Of a stretch of DNA of 64,000 nucleotides, positions 54,690 through 64,000 are shown in pieces (within the stretch, counting starts at the first letter, position 1; every line of letters starts with the position of its first letter). The notes beneath the pieces were generated by a model. It did not search any database, had not been told where the DNA came from, and worked only from the letters and a program-made list of their open reading frames with translations. The translations under genes and the position numbers were made by a program. Origin of the DNA: Chloroflexota bacterium (GTDB lineage: Bacteria > Chloroflexota > Anaerolineae > Aggregatilineales > UBA3940); the NCBI GenBank assembly GCA_036679085.1, contig JAZIGM010000053.1, forward strand, positions 106,869 to 170,868, in the 5' to 3' direction.

Positions 54690-54810
54690 TCCACAGATGA
54701 CGCAGATGAGGGGAAAGATGATCCACCAATGACACGAATGACACTAATAATTTTCATTCGTGTTATTCGTGACATTCGTAGACTAACCTTTTAATCCGGC
54801 CATCTGTGGG
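54690..54810. repeat. CACAGATG/CACGAATG nested palindromic element upstream of hisH
   Basis: TCCACAGATGACGCAGATG...TCCACCAATGACACGAATGACACTAAT-AATTTT-CATTCGTGTTATTCGTGACATTCGTAGAC-TAACCTTTTAATCC-GGCCATCTGTGGG. Confidence 0.9.
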
Positions 54811-54863
54811 CTCACCCTACCTACGCACAACGACATACGGAACTTCTATCGGGTCAACCACGT

Positions 54864-55469
54864 ATGATCGCCATTATTGATTACGGCGCAGGCAACCTGC
54901 GAAGTGTGGCCAACGCCTTCCGGCGGCTGGGCGCAGACGTGCAGACCGTCAGCGATCCGGCGGCGCTGGCCCACGCCGAGAAGATCGTACTGCCCGGCGT
55001 CGGCGCGTTCGGCGCGGGGATGGCGCGGTTGCGTGAGGCGGGCTTCGTCGAGCCGCTGCGCGAGGCGGCCCGCGCCGGTACGCCGCTGCTCGGCATCTGC
55101 CTGGGGCTGCATTATCTCTTCGAGTCGAGCGACGAGATGGGGCGGCACGAAGGGCTTGGCCTGCTGCCGGGCCACGTGACCCGCTTCCCTTCCGGCGCGC
55201 TGAAAGTGCCGCACGTCGGCTGGAACGCCCTGCACCGCCAGCAGGAGCACCCGCTTCTGGCAGGTATCCCTGACGGTGCGTATGCTTACTTTGTACACTC
55301 TTATTATGTGCAGCCCGCCGACCCGGCAATGGCGCTCGCCACCACGGAGTACGGCATTCGCTTTGCGTCTGTCGTCGGCCAGGGCACTATTTTTGGCATC
55401 CAACCCCACCCCGAGAAGAGCCAATCGGTGGGCTTGCGAGTACTGAAGAACTTTATTGATATGGAATAG
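54864..55469 (+). CDS. hisH: Imidazole glycerol phosphate synthase, glutamine amidotransferase subunit
   Basis: [45 protein letters not shown]. Confidence 0.95.
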   Translation: MIAIIDYGAGNLRSVANAFRRLGADVQTVSDPAALAHAEKIVLPGVGAFGAGMARLREAGFVEPLREAARAGTPLLGICLGLHYLFESSDEMGRHEGLGLLPGHVTRFPSGALKVPHVGWNALHRQQEHPLLAGIPDGAYAYFVHSYYVQPADPAMALATTEYGIRFASVVGQGTIFGIQPHPEKSQSVGLRVLKNFIDME

Positions 55470-55485
55470 GTGGAGACAGCAACTG

Positions 55486-56241
55486 ATGATTGTATACCCG
55501 GCAATTGACATTCACGGCGGGAAGGTCGTGCGCTTGAGACAGGGCGACCCCAACCGCCGCATCACGTACAGCGACGACCCGATCGAGGTGGCGCACCGCT
55601 GGAAGGACGCAGGGGCCGAGTGGATTCACGTGGTCAACCTCGATGGGTCGTTCGACGACGCCGACTTTAACCTTGATACCCTGCGCGAGTTGGCTCGCAT
55701 CGGGCCGAAGATCCAGTTCGGCGGCGGCCTGCGCGACGTAGACGAGATCCGCGAGGTGCTCGACGCGGGCGCGTCGCGCGTGGTGCTCGGCACGCTGGTT
55801 GTCCGCCTGCCGTACATCGCGGAGGACGCTCTCAATGCCGTCGGGCCGGAGGCGATTGTCGTCGCGCTTGACGCCAAGCAGGGGCAGGTCATGATCCATG
55901 GCTGGCAGCAGCAGTCGGGCTGGTCGCCGGTAGAGCTGGGCCAGCGCTTCGCCAACATGGGCGTGAGGTACGCGCTCTACACCGACGTCACGCGGGACGG
56001 CGAGCTGCGCGGCGTGAACGTCGAGACGACGGCCCAGCTTGCCCGCGAGACCGGGCTGGACGTCATCGCCTCCGGCGGCGTGGCGACCCTGCAGGATGTG
56101 GAGGCGCTGCGGGTGGCGGGCGAATCGCTGGAGAAAGGCTCGATCGCCGGCGTGGTGATTGGCCGCGCGCTGTACAGCGGCGCGGTGGACCTCACCGAGG
56201 CGATCCAGGTGGCAGCAGGCCCGCAGCCCGTCGAGGAGTAA
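55486..56241 (+). CDS. hisA: ProFAR isomerase
   Basis: ATG 55486 behind [56 protein letters not shown]. Confidence 0.93.
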   Translation: MIVYPAIDIHGGKVVRLRQGDPNRRITYSDDPIEVAHRWKDAGAEWIHVVNLDGSFDDADFNLDTLRELARIGPKIQFGGGLRDVDEIREVLDAGASRVVLGTLVVRLPYIAEDALNAVGPEAIVVALDAKQGQVMIHGWQQQSGWSPVELGQRFANMGVRYALYTDVTRDGELRGVNVETTAQLARETGLDVIASGGVATLQDVEALRVAGESLEKGSIAGVVIGRALYSGAVDLTEAIQVAAGPQPVEE

Positions 56242-56245
56242 GGCG

Positions 56246-57014
<769 letters not shown>

Positions 57015-57022
<8 letters not shown>

Positions 57023-57332
57023 CCGGGTGCGCTGGAACGAGCAGGGGCTTGTGCCCGCCATCGTGCAGGACGACGCCACCGGGCAGGTGCTGATGCTGGC
57101 CTACATGAGCCGCGAGTCGCTCGCGCGCACGCTGGAGATCGGGCAGACGGTGTTCTGGTCACGCTCGCGGCAGGAACTGTGGCACAAGGGCGCGACGAGC
57201 GGCAACACGCAGGATGTCGTGTCCATCCATCTCGATTGTGACGGCGACGCCCTGCTTCTGCGGGTGCGCCCGGCTGGTCCCGCCTGCCACACCGGCGAGG
57301 TGTCGTGCTTCTTCACGGAATTTTCAACGTAG
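57015..57332 (+). CDS. hisI: Phosphoribosyl-AMP cyclohydrolase
   Basis: [53 protein letters not shown]...GPACHTG..SCF. The start is uncertain: TTG 57015 with GGAGGG upstream, GTG 57027, or ATG 56982. Confidence 0.9.
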
Positions 57333-57347
57333 AGCAAGGAACCCAGC

Positions 57348-57629
57348 ATGGACATCCTCTCGCGCGTGTTTGCCGTCGTCGAAGATCGCAAGGCCAACCC
57401 GAAGCCGGGCTCATATACCAACCACCTGCTTGACGCCGGGGAGGACGAGATCGTCAAGAAGATCGGCGAGGAAGCGGTCGAAGTGATCCTCGCGGCGAAA
57501 TCTCAGGGCAACGAGCGGATCGCCGAGGAAATGGCCGACCTGGCCTATCACTGCCTGGTGCTGCTCGCCGCGCGCGGGCTCTCGCCCGCCGACGTCGCCG
57601 CCGAACTGGAGCGGCGGTTTGGGAAGTAA
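57348..57629 (+). CDS. hisE: Phosphoribosyl-ATP pyrophosphatase
   Basis: 93 aa: SYTNHLLDAGEDEIVKKIGEEAVEVILAAK...EMADLAYHCLVLL. Confidence 0.93.
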   Translation: MDILSRVFAVVEDRKANPKPGSYTNHLLDAGEDEIVKKIGEEAVEVILAAKSQGNERIAEEMADLAYHCLVLLAARGLSPADVAAELERRFGK

Positions 57630-57735
57630 GGGCACCCTCGCCAGGCAGCACCGGCGGTGGGGGTTCTCGCCCGGCGCATCTCCCGCCTGTTGCTATCCTA
57701 TCCATGCCATCTGTGGATGAAAGAAGGACTCTTCC

Positions 57736-59244
57736 ATGCGTGCACTGCTCAGCGTCTCCGATAAATCCGGCCTGGTGGACTTCGCCCGTGGGCTTGCGGC
57801 GGCGGGCTACGAACTTGTGGCGAGCGGCGGCACTGCCCGCGCCCTGCAGGATGCCGGGCTCGACGTGACGCCGGTCGAGGCCATCACCGGCCTGCCGGAC
57901 CTCCTCGGCGGGCGCGTCAAGACGCTGCACCCGGCGATCCATGCCGGCATCCTCGCCCGCGACACCGAACCCGACCGCGCCACACTCGCCGAGCACGGCT
58001 GGCAGCCCATCGACCTCGTCGCGGTGAACCTCTACCCGTTCGTCGAGGCTGCCGCCCGCGCCGACGCCACGCCGGAGGAGCTTGTCGAGCAGATCGACAT
58101 CGGCGGGGTGGCCCTGATCCGCGCGGCGGCCAAGAACTACGAGCGGGTGACGGTCGTCACCTCTCCCGCCGATTACGACGCCGTGCTTGCGGAGATCCGC
58201 GCGGGCGGCGTCACGCCGGAGACACGGCGCACGCTCGCCGCCAGAGCCTTTGCCGCTACCGCCGCGTACGACAGCGCGATTGCCGCCAGCTTTGTCCAGC
58301 GGTACGGGCAGGCCGACCCGCTCCCGCCCGCTCTGACCATCGCCCTGCCCCGCGCCGAAACGCTGCGCTACGGCGAGAACCCGCACCAGCAGGCCGCGCT
58401 GTACGCGCCGCCCGGCGTCGGTCCGCTCGGCGGCGAGCTGTTGCAGGGGAAGGCGCTCTCGTACAACAACCTGCTCGACCTCGACGCTGCGTGGGCGGCA
58501 GCCGTTGACTTCGATGCGCCGACGGTTGTGATCGTCAAGCACCTCAGCCCGGCAGGCATCGCCTCCGGCGCGGGGCTGCCCGACGCGTTCGAGGCGGCGC
58601 TCGCCTCCGACCCGGTGTCTGCGTTCGGCGGGGTCATCGCCTGCAACCGCCCCTTCGACCGCGACACGGCGGAGGCGCTCGGCGACCTGTTCGTGGAGGC
58701 CATCGCTGCCCCGGACTTCACGCCTGAGGCGGTCGAGGCACTGCAGGCGCGCAAGAACTGCCGCCTCGTGCGGATGCGGGACCTGCCGGGGCAAAGCCTG
58801 CTGCTGCGCAGTGTGCGCGGCGGGGTGCTCGCGCAGACGCCCGACCCCGGCGACGAGGCGGAATGGCGCGTCGTCACCCGGCGGCAGCCCACCGGGGACG
58901 AGCTTGCCGCACTGCGCTTCGCGTGGCGGGCCGTGCGCCACGTCAAGAGCAACGCCATCGTGCTGGCACAGGGCACGGCGACTGTCGGCATCGGCGGCGG
59001 GCTGCCCTCCCGTGTGGACGCCGTCGAGTTGGCGGTGAAGAAGGCAGGGGCACGGGCGCGGGGCGCAGTCCTCGCCTCCGACGCCTTCTTCCCCTTCCCC
59101 GATGGGCCGGAGGCGGCAGCCGCCGCCGGGGTGACAGCCATCGTGCAGCCGGGCGGCTCGGTGCGTGACGACGCGGTGATCGCTGCCGCCGATGCGCTCG
59201 GCCTGGCGATGTGCTTCACCGGCGTGCGGCACTTCCGGCATTAG
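57736..59244 (+). CDS. purH: Bifunctional AICAR transformylase / IMP cyclohydrolase
   Basis: 502 aa: ALLSVSDKSGLVDFA, GGRVKTLHP, DLVAVNLYPF, IDIGG.ALIRAAAKN, VKHLSPAG, GGG.PSRVD, QPGGS.RD. Confidence 0.96.
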   Translation: MRALLSVSDKSGLVDFARGLAAAGYELVASGGTARALQDAGLDVTPVEAITGLPDLLGGRVKTLHPAIHAGILARDTEPDRATLAEHGWQPIDLVAVNLYPFVEAAARADATPEELVEQIDIGGVALIRAAAKNYERVTVVTSPADYDAVLAEIRAGGVTPETRRTLAARAFAATAAYDSAIAASFVQRYGQADPLPPALTIALPRAETLRYGENPHQQAALYAPPGVGPLGGELLQGKALSYNNLLDLDAAWAAAVDFDAPTVVIVKHLSPAGIASGAGLPDAFEAALASDPVSAFGGVIACNRPFDRDTAEALGDLFVEAIAAPDFTPEAVEALQARKNCRLVRMRDLPGQSLLLRSVRGGVLAQTPDPGDEAEWRVVTRRQPTGDELAALRFAWRAVRHVKSNAIVLAQGTATVGIGGGLPSRVDAVELAVKKAGARARGAVLASDAFFPFPDGPEAAAAAGVTAIVQPGGSVRDDAVIAAADALGLAMCFTGVRHFRH

Positions 59245-59251
59245 GTAGGGT

Positions 59252-59453
59252 GTCCACAGATGGCACAGATAACACTGATGAGGATGTACTGAGTGGAGCC
59301 GCGAAGTTTATTCGCGGCGGATTTTCTCTACCTTTGCGAGGGGATAATAGTCCGCGAATGGCACGAATGACACGAATATTTTTAAATCATTTCATTTGTG
59401 CCATTCGTGGACAGATTTTTCTTTTATCTGTGAAATCTGTGTCATCTGTGGAC
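59252..59453. repeat. Full nested CACAGATG/CACGAATG palindrome with a GGAGCCGCGAAGTTTATTCGCGGCGG hairpin inserted in its left half
   Basis: GTCCACAGATGGCACAGATAACACTGATG...[59295-59320]...CCGCGAATGGCACGAATGACACGAAT...TTGTGCCATTCGTGGAC...ATCTGTGAAATCTGTGTCATCTGTGGAC. Starts 8 nt after the purH stop. Confidence 0.9.
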
Positions 59454-59571
59454 TCATCCCCCTCCACTGGAACGGGTGCGGTGTGCTTGAAAGATCTCTC
59501 TCACCGGGTTTTGCGTATATACTGGTAAGAACGGGTAAGAACGCCAGAGGTTGATAGAGGGAGACAGTGTA

Positions 59572-59958
59572 ATGAGCCGTACGACATTGCGTTTGGTAAT
59601 CGCCGTACTGACCATTGCCACCGCATCGATTCACCTGTTCCTGGGCCTGACCGGCCTGGGTGACGGGGTGGACACCACGTTCGATATTCTGTTTATTCTG
59701 AACGGGCTGGGCTATCTGGCCTTGCTCGCCGCGCTGCTCGGCTGGCTGCCTGTGCTCAACACGCGGCCCGGCCTGACGCACACGCTGTTCATCGCGTATA
59801 CCGCGTTGACGTTTGTGCTGTACTTTGTCATGAACGGCTTCAGCGAGTTCGGCCCCGCCGCCATCGTGGCGAAGGTTGCCGAGGCGTTGCTGATCGTCGC
59901 GCTGGTCGTACACATGAACGCTGCGCGGGCCGTCGAACCTGGAATGAGTTCCTATTAG
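59572..59958 (+). CDS. Small 4-TM membrane protein, unknown function
   Basis: ATG 59572 behind GGGAGA; 128 aa; hydrophobic throughout. Confidence 0.6.
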   Translation: MSRTTLRLVIAVLTIATASIHLFLGLTGLGDGVDTTFDILFILNGLGYLALLAALLGWLPVLNTRPGLTHTLFIAYTALTFVLYFVMNGFSEFGPAAIVAKVAEALLIVALVVHMNAARAVEPGMSSY

Positions 59959-59961
59959 CCT

Positions 59962-60564
59962 ATGCTGATGCTGCGCCTCGCCCTCGCCACCCTCGTCGCT
60001 TACCTCATCGGCTCCATCCCCGTGGGCGTGCTGCTCGCGCGGGCCTTCGGCTGGCCGGACCCCCGCGCTAATGGTAGCGGGCACACCGGCGCGCTGAACA
60101 CCTTCCGCGGTGCTGGTTGGAAGGGCGCGGCGCTTGTGTTGATCCTCGACATCGCCAAGGGCCTCGCCGCCGCGCTGGTGGCGAGGCCGATTGCGGGCAG
60201 CGAGTGGGCACTCCCCCTCGCGGGGATGGCCGTCACCGCCGGACATACCTGGCCGCTGTGGCTGGACTTCCGAGGCGGGATGGGCCTCGCCACCGGCGCG
60301 GGAGCCGTCGCCGCCGTCAACCCGCTGATCGCTGTGCTGGCGCTGGCAATGCTGGGCGTGGCCCGCGCTTTCATCAACCACACACCCCGCGCAGTCGTCG
60401 CATCGATGCTCGCCCTGCCGCCCGTACTGCTCGCGCTGCAGGTCGCCCCGACCCTGTTCTGGCTGGCGACGGGCACGGCGCTCGTCATCGCCCTGCGCCA
60501 CCTCTCCGACTGGGATCGTGTGTACGGCGAACCGCAGGCCGCCCAACCCGCCGATGATGTCTAA
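59962..60564 (+). CDS. plsY: Acyl-phosphate:glycerol-3-phosphate acyltransferase PlsY
   Basis: VAYLIGSIPVGVLLAR, NGSGHTGALNTFR, LDIAKG, AGHTWPLWLDFRGG.G.AT. Confidence 0.9.
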   Translation: MLMLRLALATLVAYLIGSIPVGVLLARAFGWPDPRANGSGHTGALNTFRGAGWKGAALVLILDIAKGLAAALVARPIAGSEWALPLAGMAVTAGHTWPLWLDFRGGMGLATGAGAVAAVNPLIAVLALAMLGVARAFINHTPRAVVASMLALPPVLLALQVAPTLFWLATGTALVIALRHLSDWDRVYGEPQAAQPADDV

Positions 60565-60631
60565 GATCCACGAATAAATCCTCATCGATAGGCGTACACC
60601 TCATTCAACCAGATCACCGCAGATGTTGATT

Positions 60632-60703
60632 GGAGCCGTGGAGTTCACTCGCGGCGCTCCTGACAACATCCATCCATCCGTGACATCCGTGCCATTCGTG
60701 GAC
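60632..60703. repeat. GGAGCCGTGGAGTTCACTCGCGGCGC hairpin plus right half of a CACGAATG element
   Basis: CATCCGTGACATCCGTGCCATTCGTGGAC at 60675-60703. Confidence 0.75.
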
Positions 60704-60759
60704 AAACTCCCCCGCGTGGTACAATCTCTACCCATCCGCAGAACACAAACCCGGGAGTC

Positions 60760-61950
60760 GTGCCTGTGCCCATAACCCTGCTGCTGTTCGACGTGGACGG
60801 CGTGCTGCTGCACCCGCGCGGCTACAAAGAGGCGCTCCGCAAGGCGGTGGATCACTTTGCCGCCGAGATGGGCCTGCCGCCGGTCGGCATTACCGACGCC
60901 GAGATCGCCGCCTTCGAGGCGTGCGGCATCACCAACGAGTGGGACTCCGTACCGATGTGCGTCGGCGCGCTGCTCGGCCCGCTGCTCGCCGAGCGCCCCG
61001 ACCTCATCCGCCCGACCGTGCTGGAGACGCTCGCTGCCATACGCACCGCCATGCACGAGGCAGGGGCCAGCATCGCCCGCCCCGACCTCGCTGCGCTGGC
61101 CCGCGACGTCCGTGCCAGCACCCCGGACGGCAGGCCGCCCACCGAGGCGATCCACAGCCTGCTGCGCGCCCGCACCATCGAGACCGCACACCCGCTGCTC
61201 GCCCAGATGCTGGGCAACATCTACACGCCCGACTCGCCGACGACGTTCGTCTTTCAGCATTACGTGCTTGGCAGCGAGCGCTTCGAGCAGACCTACGGGC
61301 GACCGGCAGCGTTCGAGGCGCAGAGCACGCTTGCCGAGTACGACAGGCCGCTCCTGACCGGCGAGACCCGCGCCCGCCTGCTCGCCCGCGTGGGGCAGCC
61401 CGGCTGGGGCGCAGCGATCTTCACCGCACGGCCCAGCCACCCGCCCGCCGACCTTCCGCCCGCCGAGCGCGACGTGTTCGGCTACCCGCCGGAGGGCGAC
61501 CTCGCCGCCGAACTGCTGGAACTCAACGGCAAGCTCCCGCTGATCTCCGGCGGGCGCGTGTGGTGGCTCGCCCGCCAGTACGGCAGAAGCCCCGCGGATT
61601 ACCTCAAGCCCTCGCCGGTGCAGGCGCTCGCGGCCATCGGCGCGGCGATCTCCGGGGCGGAAGCCGCCGCGCTGCACGCTGCCGCCCGCTTCGTGGAGTA
61701 CGGGGAGCTGGGCGAGCCGCTCGCCCGCCTGCGCGGGCAAACCGTGCGCGTCGTCGTCTTTGAGGACTCGACCGGCGGCATCCGCGCAACGGAGCGAGCC
61801 GCCGAGCTGCTGCGCCAGGCCGGGCTGGACGTCACGTTTGAGGCGGTTGGCATTGCGCCGGAGGCCAGCAAGCGCGAGGCGCTCGCCGCTGTTGCAGGCC
61901 ACGTCGTGGACGACGTGAACCAGGCGCTTGAGCCCTACCTCGCGGGCTGA
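60760..61950 (+). CDS. HAD-superfamily hydrolase with an unusually large cap insertion
   Basis: LLLFDVDGVLL (motif I), FTARPS (motif II), YLKPSP (motif III Lys), FEDSTGG (motif IV). GTG 60760, or GTG 60766 which is better spaced from GGGAG. Confidence 0.7.
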   Translation: MPVPITLLLFDVDGVLLHPRGYKEALRKAVDHFAAEMGLPPVGITDAEIAAFEACGITNEWDSVPMCVGALLGPLLAERPDLIRPTVLETLAAIRTAMHEAGASIARPDLAALARDVRASTPDGRPPTEAIHSLLRARTIETAHPLLAQMLGNIYTPDSPTTFVFQHYVLGSERFEQTYGRPAAFEAQSTLAEYDRPLLTGETRARLLARVGQPGWGAAIFTARPSHPPADLPPAERDVFGYPPEGDLAAELLELNGKLPLISGGRVWWLARQYGRSPADYLKPSPVQALAAIGAAISGAEAAALHAAARFVEYGELGEPLARLRGQTVRVVVFEDSTGGIRATERAAELLRQAGLDVTFEAVGIAPEASKREALAAVAGHVVDDVNQALEPYLAG

Positions 61951-62044
61951 GGCTGCCAGACAATTTGCTATCCGCCGTGCAACGCGAGAAGATCGAGGGG
62001 TGGGAGGCGTAATCGCAGCCCAACCCCAGTGGAGGAACCTGACC

Positions 62045-63004
62045 ATGTCGATCGCCATCGCACTCGGCGTCCTGCTTGTCGTGCTACTCGGCTTCCGGCT
62101 CGCCACGGCGCTGATCGTCCGCCGCGCCGAGTCCGCTTATCCGCCTGCCGGCCAGTTCGTGGACGTAGACGGCTGGCGGCAGCATGTCCTCGTTGAGGGC
62201 GAAGGCCCGCCGGTGGTGCTGATCCACGGCGACGGCGGCTCCATCTATGACTTCACGCTGTCGCCCCTCTACCCCTGCCTGACGGCCCGCTACCGCACCT
62301 TCACGGTGGATCGACCGGGCTTCGGCTACAGCCGCCGCCCCGTTCACGGGGGCGGGTCGCCGCTGGTGCAGGCCAGCCTCATCCACGATGCGCTGGCCGC
62401 GCTGGGCGTTGAGAAGCCGGTCGTCGTGGGGCACGCGCGCGGGGCGGCGGTCGCGCTGGCCTATGCCCTCGCCTACCCGAACGACCTCGCGGCGATCGTC
62501 GCACTGGCACCTGCCGCCTACACCCACTCTGAGGGCACGCTCATCGCGCGGCTGGCAACCATGTCTGCGCTTGACCGGCTGCTCGTGCTCACGGTGTACA
62601 CTCCAGCGGCGCGCTTCAACAACTATGCGCTCGTCCGCCCCATACTGGACAACGCCTTCGCCCCCGACATGCCGACGCCGCCCGACTACCTGCGCGCCTA
62701 TGGCGCGATGTGGGCCCGCCCGCACCACATCCGCGCAACGATGCGCGACCGCCGCTTCTCCGTCGTCGATCTTCAGGGCGACCGCTACGGCGAGATCGAG
62801 GTGCCTGTCGTGATCGTACAGGGCGAGGCCGATCGCCGGGTGTCCCCGGCGGATGCCGCCCGCCTGCACGGCGACCTCGCCCGTTCCGAGCTGGTGCTCA
62901 TCCCCGACACGGGCCATGCGCTGATGTTCACCCAACCCGACGCCGTACTGAAGGCGATCGAGCGCGCGTGGGAGATGGCGGGGGAGAATGCAGCGGGGGT
63001 GTGA
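62045..63004 (+). CDS. Alpha/beta hydrolase with N-terminal membrane anchor
   Basis: ATG 62045. TM helix, VVLIHGDGGS, and GHARGAAVALAYA at the position of the usual GxSxG elbow (no Ser there). Confidence 0.75.
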   Translation: MSIAIALGVLLVVLLGFRLATALIVRRAESAYPPAGQFVDVDGWRQHVLVEGEGPPVVLIHGDGGSIYDFTLSPLYPCLTARYRTFTVDRPGFGYSRRPVHGGGSPLVQASLIHDALAALGVEKPVVVGHARGAAVALAYALAYPNDLAAIVALAPAAYTHSEGTLIARLATMSALDRLLVLTVYTPAARFNNYALVRPILDNAFAPDMPTPPDYLRAYGAMWARPHHIRATMRDRRFSVVDLQGDRYGEIEVPVVIVQGEADRRVSPADAARLHGDLARSELVLIPDTGHALMFTQPDAVLKAIERAWEMAGENAAGV

Positions 63005-63017
63005 GGGCCGCTCCCAA

Positions 63018-63046
63018 TTGAACTAAGCGCCAAACTATGGTATGAT
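63018..63046 (+). promoter_or_regulatory. Sigma-70-type promoter of the T-box leader
   Basis: TTGAAC (63018-23), 17 nt, TGgTATGAT (extended -10, TATGAT at 63041-46). Confidence 0.65.
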
Positions 63047-63059
63047 GGGCCGACAACCA

Positions 63060-63347
63060 CAGGCTGTGACGGAGACGAGTAAGCGGCGCTTGTACCGCAC
63101 AGCGAGCCCGGGTTGGTGCGAGCCGGGCCGGGAACCGCCGCCGAAAATCCCTCCCGAGCCGCGCACCGAACGGCACGCCGGGCGTGCCCAGTAGACTGCG
63201 CCGGGCCTGCCGCCCGTTACCCCGGCACGGCGATCCGTGTGTCGCCGGTAGAGGCGCCGGTCTGCGCTCTGAGCAGGCCGGAACAAGGGTGGTACCGCGG
63301 GAGCTTGGCTCTCGTCCCTTGCCGGGGCGAGGGCTTTTCTTATTATT
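63060..63347 (+). promoter_or_regulatory. T-box riboswitch leader
   Basis: AGTA S-turn element (63078-81), AGCGA AG-bulge (63101-05), distal loop GTTGGTGCGAG (63112-22), Stem III (63257-81), conserved AACAAGGGTGGTACCGCG T-box sequence (GGGTGGTACCGCG at 63287-99), then a terminator. Confidence 0.8.
63308..63347 (+). terminator. T-box terminator
   Basis: GCTCTCGTCCC-TTGCC-GGGGCGAGGGC stem followed by TTTTCTTATTATT. Confidence 0.8.
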
Positions 63348-63490
63348 AAGGTAGGCGCGGCGTGTACAGGGGAAGCTGTGTCGGTAGATGGCACAGGCAT
63401 CGCCGATAAACCTGATATAGCCCCGCTCGCCAGGCGAGCCACGCAGCGCCTCCTTACTCGGGAGTGTAGCGATCGGAGAGGCGCGGCCAC

Positions 63491-64000
63491 ATGACGGAGC
63501 TGCTCTACCAGACAGATAGCTATCTCAGAGACTTCCTTGCCAGCGTCACGGGTGTGGACGAAGCCAACCGGGGTATCGAACTCGACCGTACCGTGTTCTA
63601 CCCCGGAGGCGGCGGGCAACCCCCGGACACGGGCACACTGGCCATCGACCACGTGGTATACACCGTGAAGCGCGTTCAGCGCATTGATGGGCGGCTGCTG
63701 CACATTGTGGAGGGCAACGCACCGCTGCCGGAGGTCGGCGCGGCGGTGCGCGGCGTGCTCGACTGGGATCGCCGCTACAAGCTGATGCGCACGCATACCG
63801 CCATGCACATCCTGTGCGGTGTCATCTGGCGGGACTACGGCGCACCGGTCACCGGCGGCAACATGGAACCGCTCAGCGGGCGCATGGACTTTGAGTTTGA
63901 GACGATGCGGCAGGAGCTGGTGCAGGAGATCGAGGAGAAGATCAACGCCGAGGTCGCCAACGCGCGCCCGGTGCGGGTGAAACTCCTCCCCCGCGAGGAG
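63491..64000 (+). CDS. AlaX-M-type alanyl-tRNA editing protein (Thr/Ala-tRNA synthetase second additional domain), 5' part; continues past the window end
   Basis: Open frame from ATG 63491 to the window edge (not in the track). MTELLYQTDSYLRDF...TVFYPGGGGQP.DTG...RTHTAMHIL (HxxxH zinc motif). Confidence 0.8.
   Translation, partial: MTELLYQTDSYLRDFLASVTGVDEANRGIELDRTVFYPGGGGQPPDTGTLAIDHVVYTVKRVQRIDGRLLHIVEGNAPLPEVGAAVRGVLDWDRRYKLMRTHTAMHILCGVIWRDYGAPVTGGNMEPLSGRMDFEFETMRQELVQEIEEKINAEVANARPVRVKLLPREE

Noticed and set aside
57630-57735. Possible ZTP (pfl) riboswitch upstream of purH
   Set aside because: Only a CCGCCTG fragment resembles the 3' pseudoknot strand. The GGGUCGUG/CUGGCG 5' sub-domain is not present, and part of the spacer is a repeat fragment.
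57454-59241. 595-aa minus-strand ORF
   Set aside because: Antisense to purH, which is unambiguous. Arg/Gly-rich artefact.
60601-62106. 501-aa minus-strand ORF
   Set aside because: Antisense to the HAD-like gene, which has all four HAD motifs. Also spans a repeat element.

Overview
64-kb high-GC chromosomal segment. GC3 is near saturation in real genes. Gene content and repeat style look Chloroflexota-like, but the taxon is my inference and is untested. I count about 60 protein genes, 1 tRNA and 1 tmRNA. I saw no rRNA, CRISPR, transposase, integrase, phage genes or recognisable defence genes. The backbone is housekeeping: gyrB, tmRNA (ssrA), tRNA-Leu(CAA), murJ, xseA (with a decayed xseB), plsY and purH. 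It also holds an ECF sigma/anti-sigma pair, an OmpR/histidine-kinase pair, a P450, several SDRs and alpha/beta hydrolases, three ArnT/PMT-like GT-C membrane glycosyltransferases plus a PAP2 phosphatase, and a nearly complete his operon (hisG-D-C-B ... hisH-A-F-I-E). Six things stand out. (1) A 33-codon leader ORF with five consecutive His codons plus an intrinsic terminator sits directly in front of hisG, which looks like ribosome-mediated attenuation. (2) The his operon is split by a three-gene insert (Cys-phosphatase-like, ADP-ribosylglycohydrolase-like, M20 amidohydrolase) bounded by repeat elements, and no known histidinol-phosphatase type is present. (3) A translationally coupled trio lies at 31604-34745: a 110-aa stand-alone copy of an unassigned ~100-aa domain, an 811-aa protein (GH-A-like barrel, ~340-aa hyper-acidic linker, then the same domain), and DUF952. 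(4) Nearly every intergenic spacer is assembled from at least eight hairpin-repeat families. These include ~135-bp nested palindromes made of CACAGATG/CACGAATG units that start a few nt after stop codons (also inside the his operon), and multi-hairpin composites whose copies differ by compensatory stem changes. (5) A T-box leader precedes an AlaX-type editing protein. (6) There are two gene-decay scars: an xseB frameshift, and an SDR that reads through into a truncated Nudix gene.
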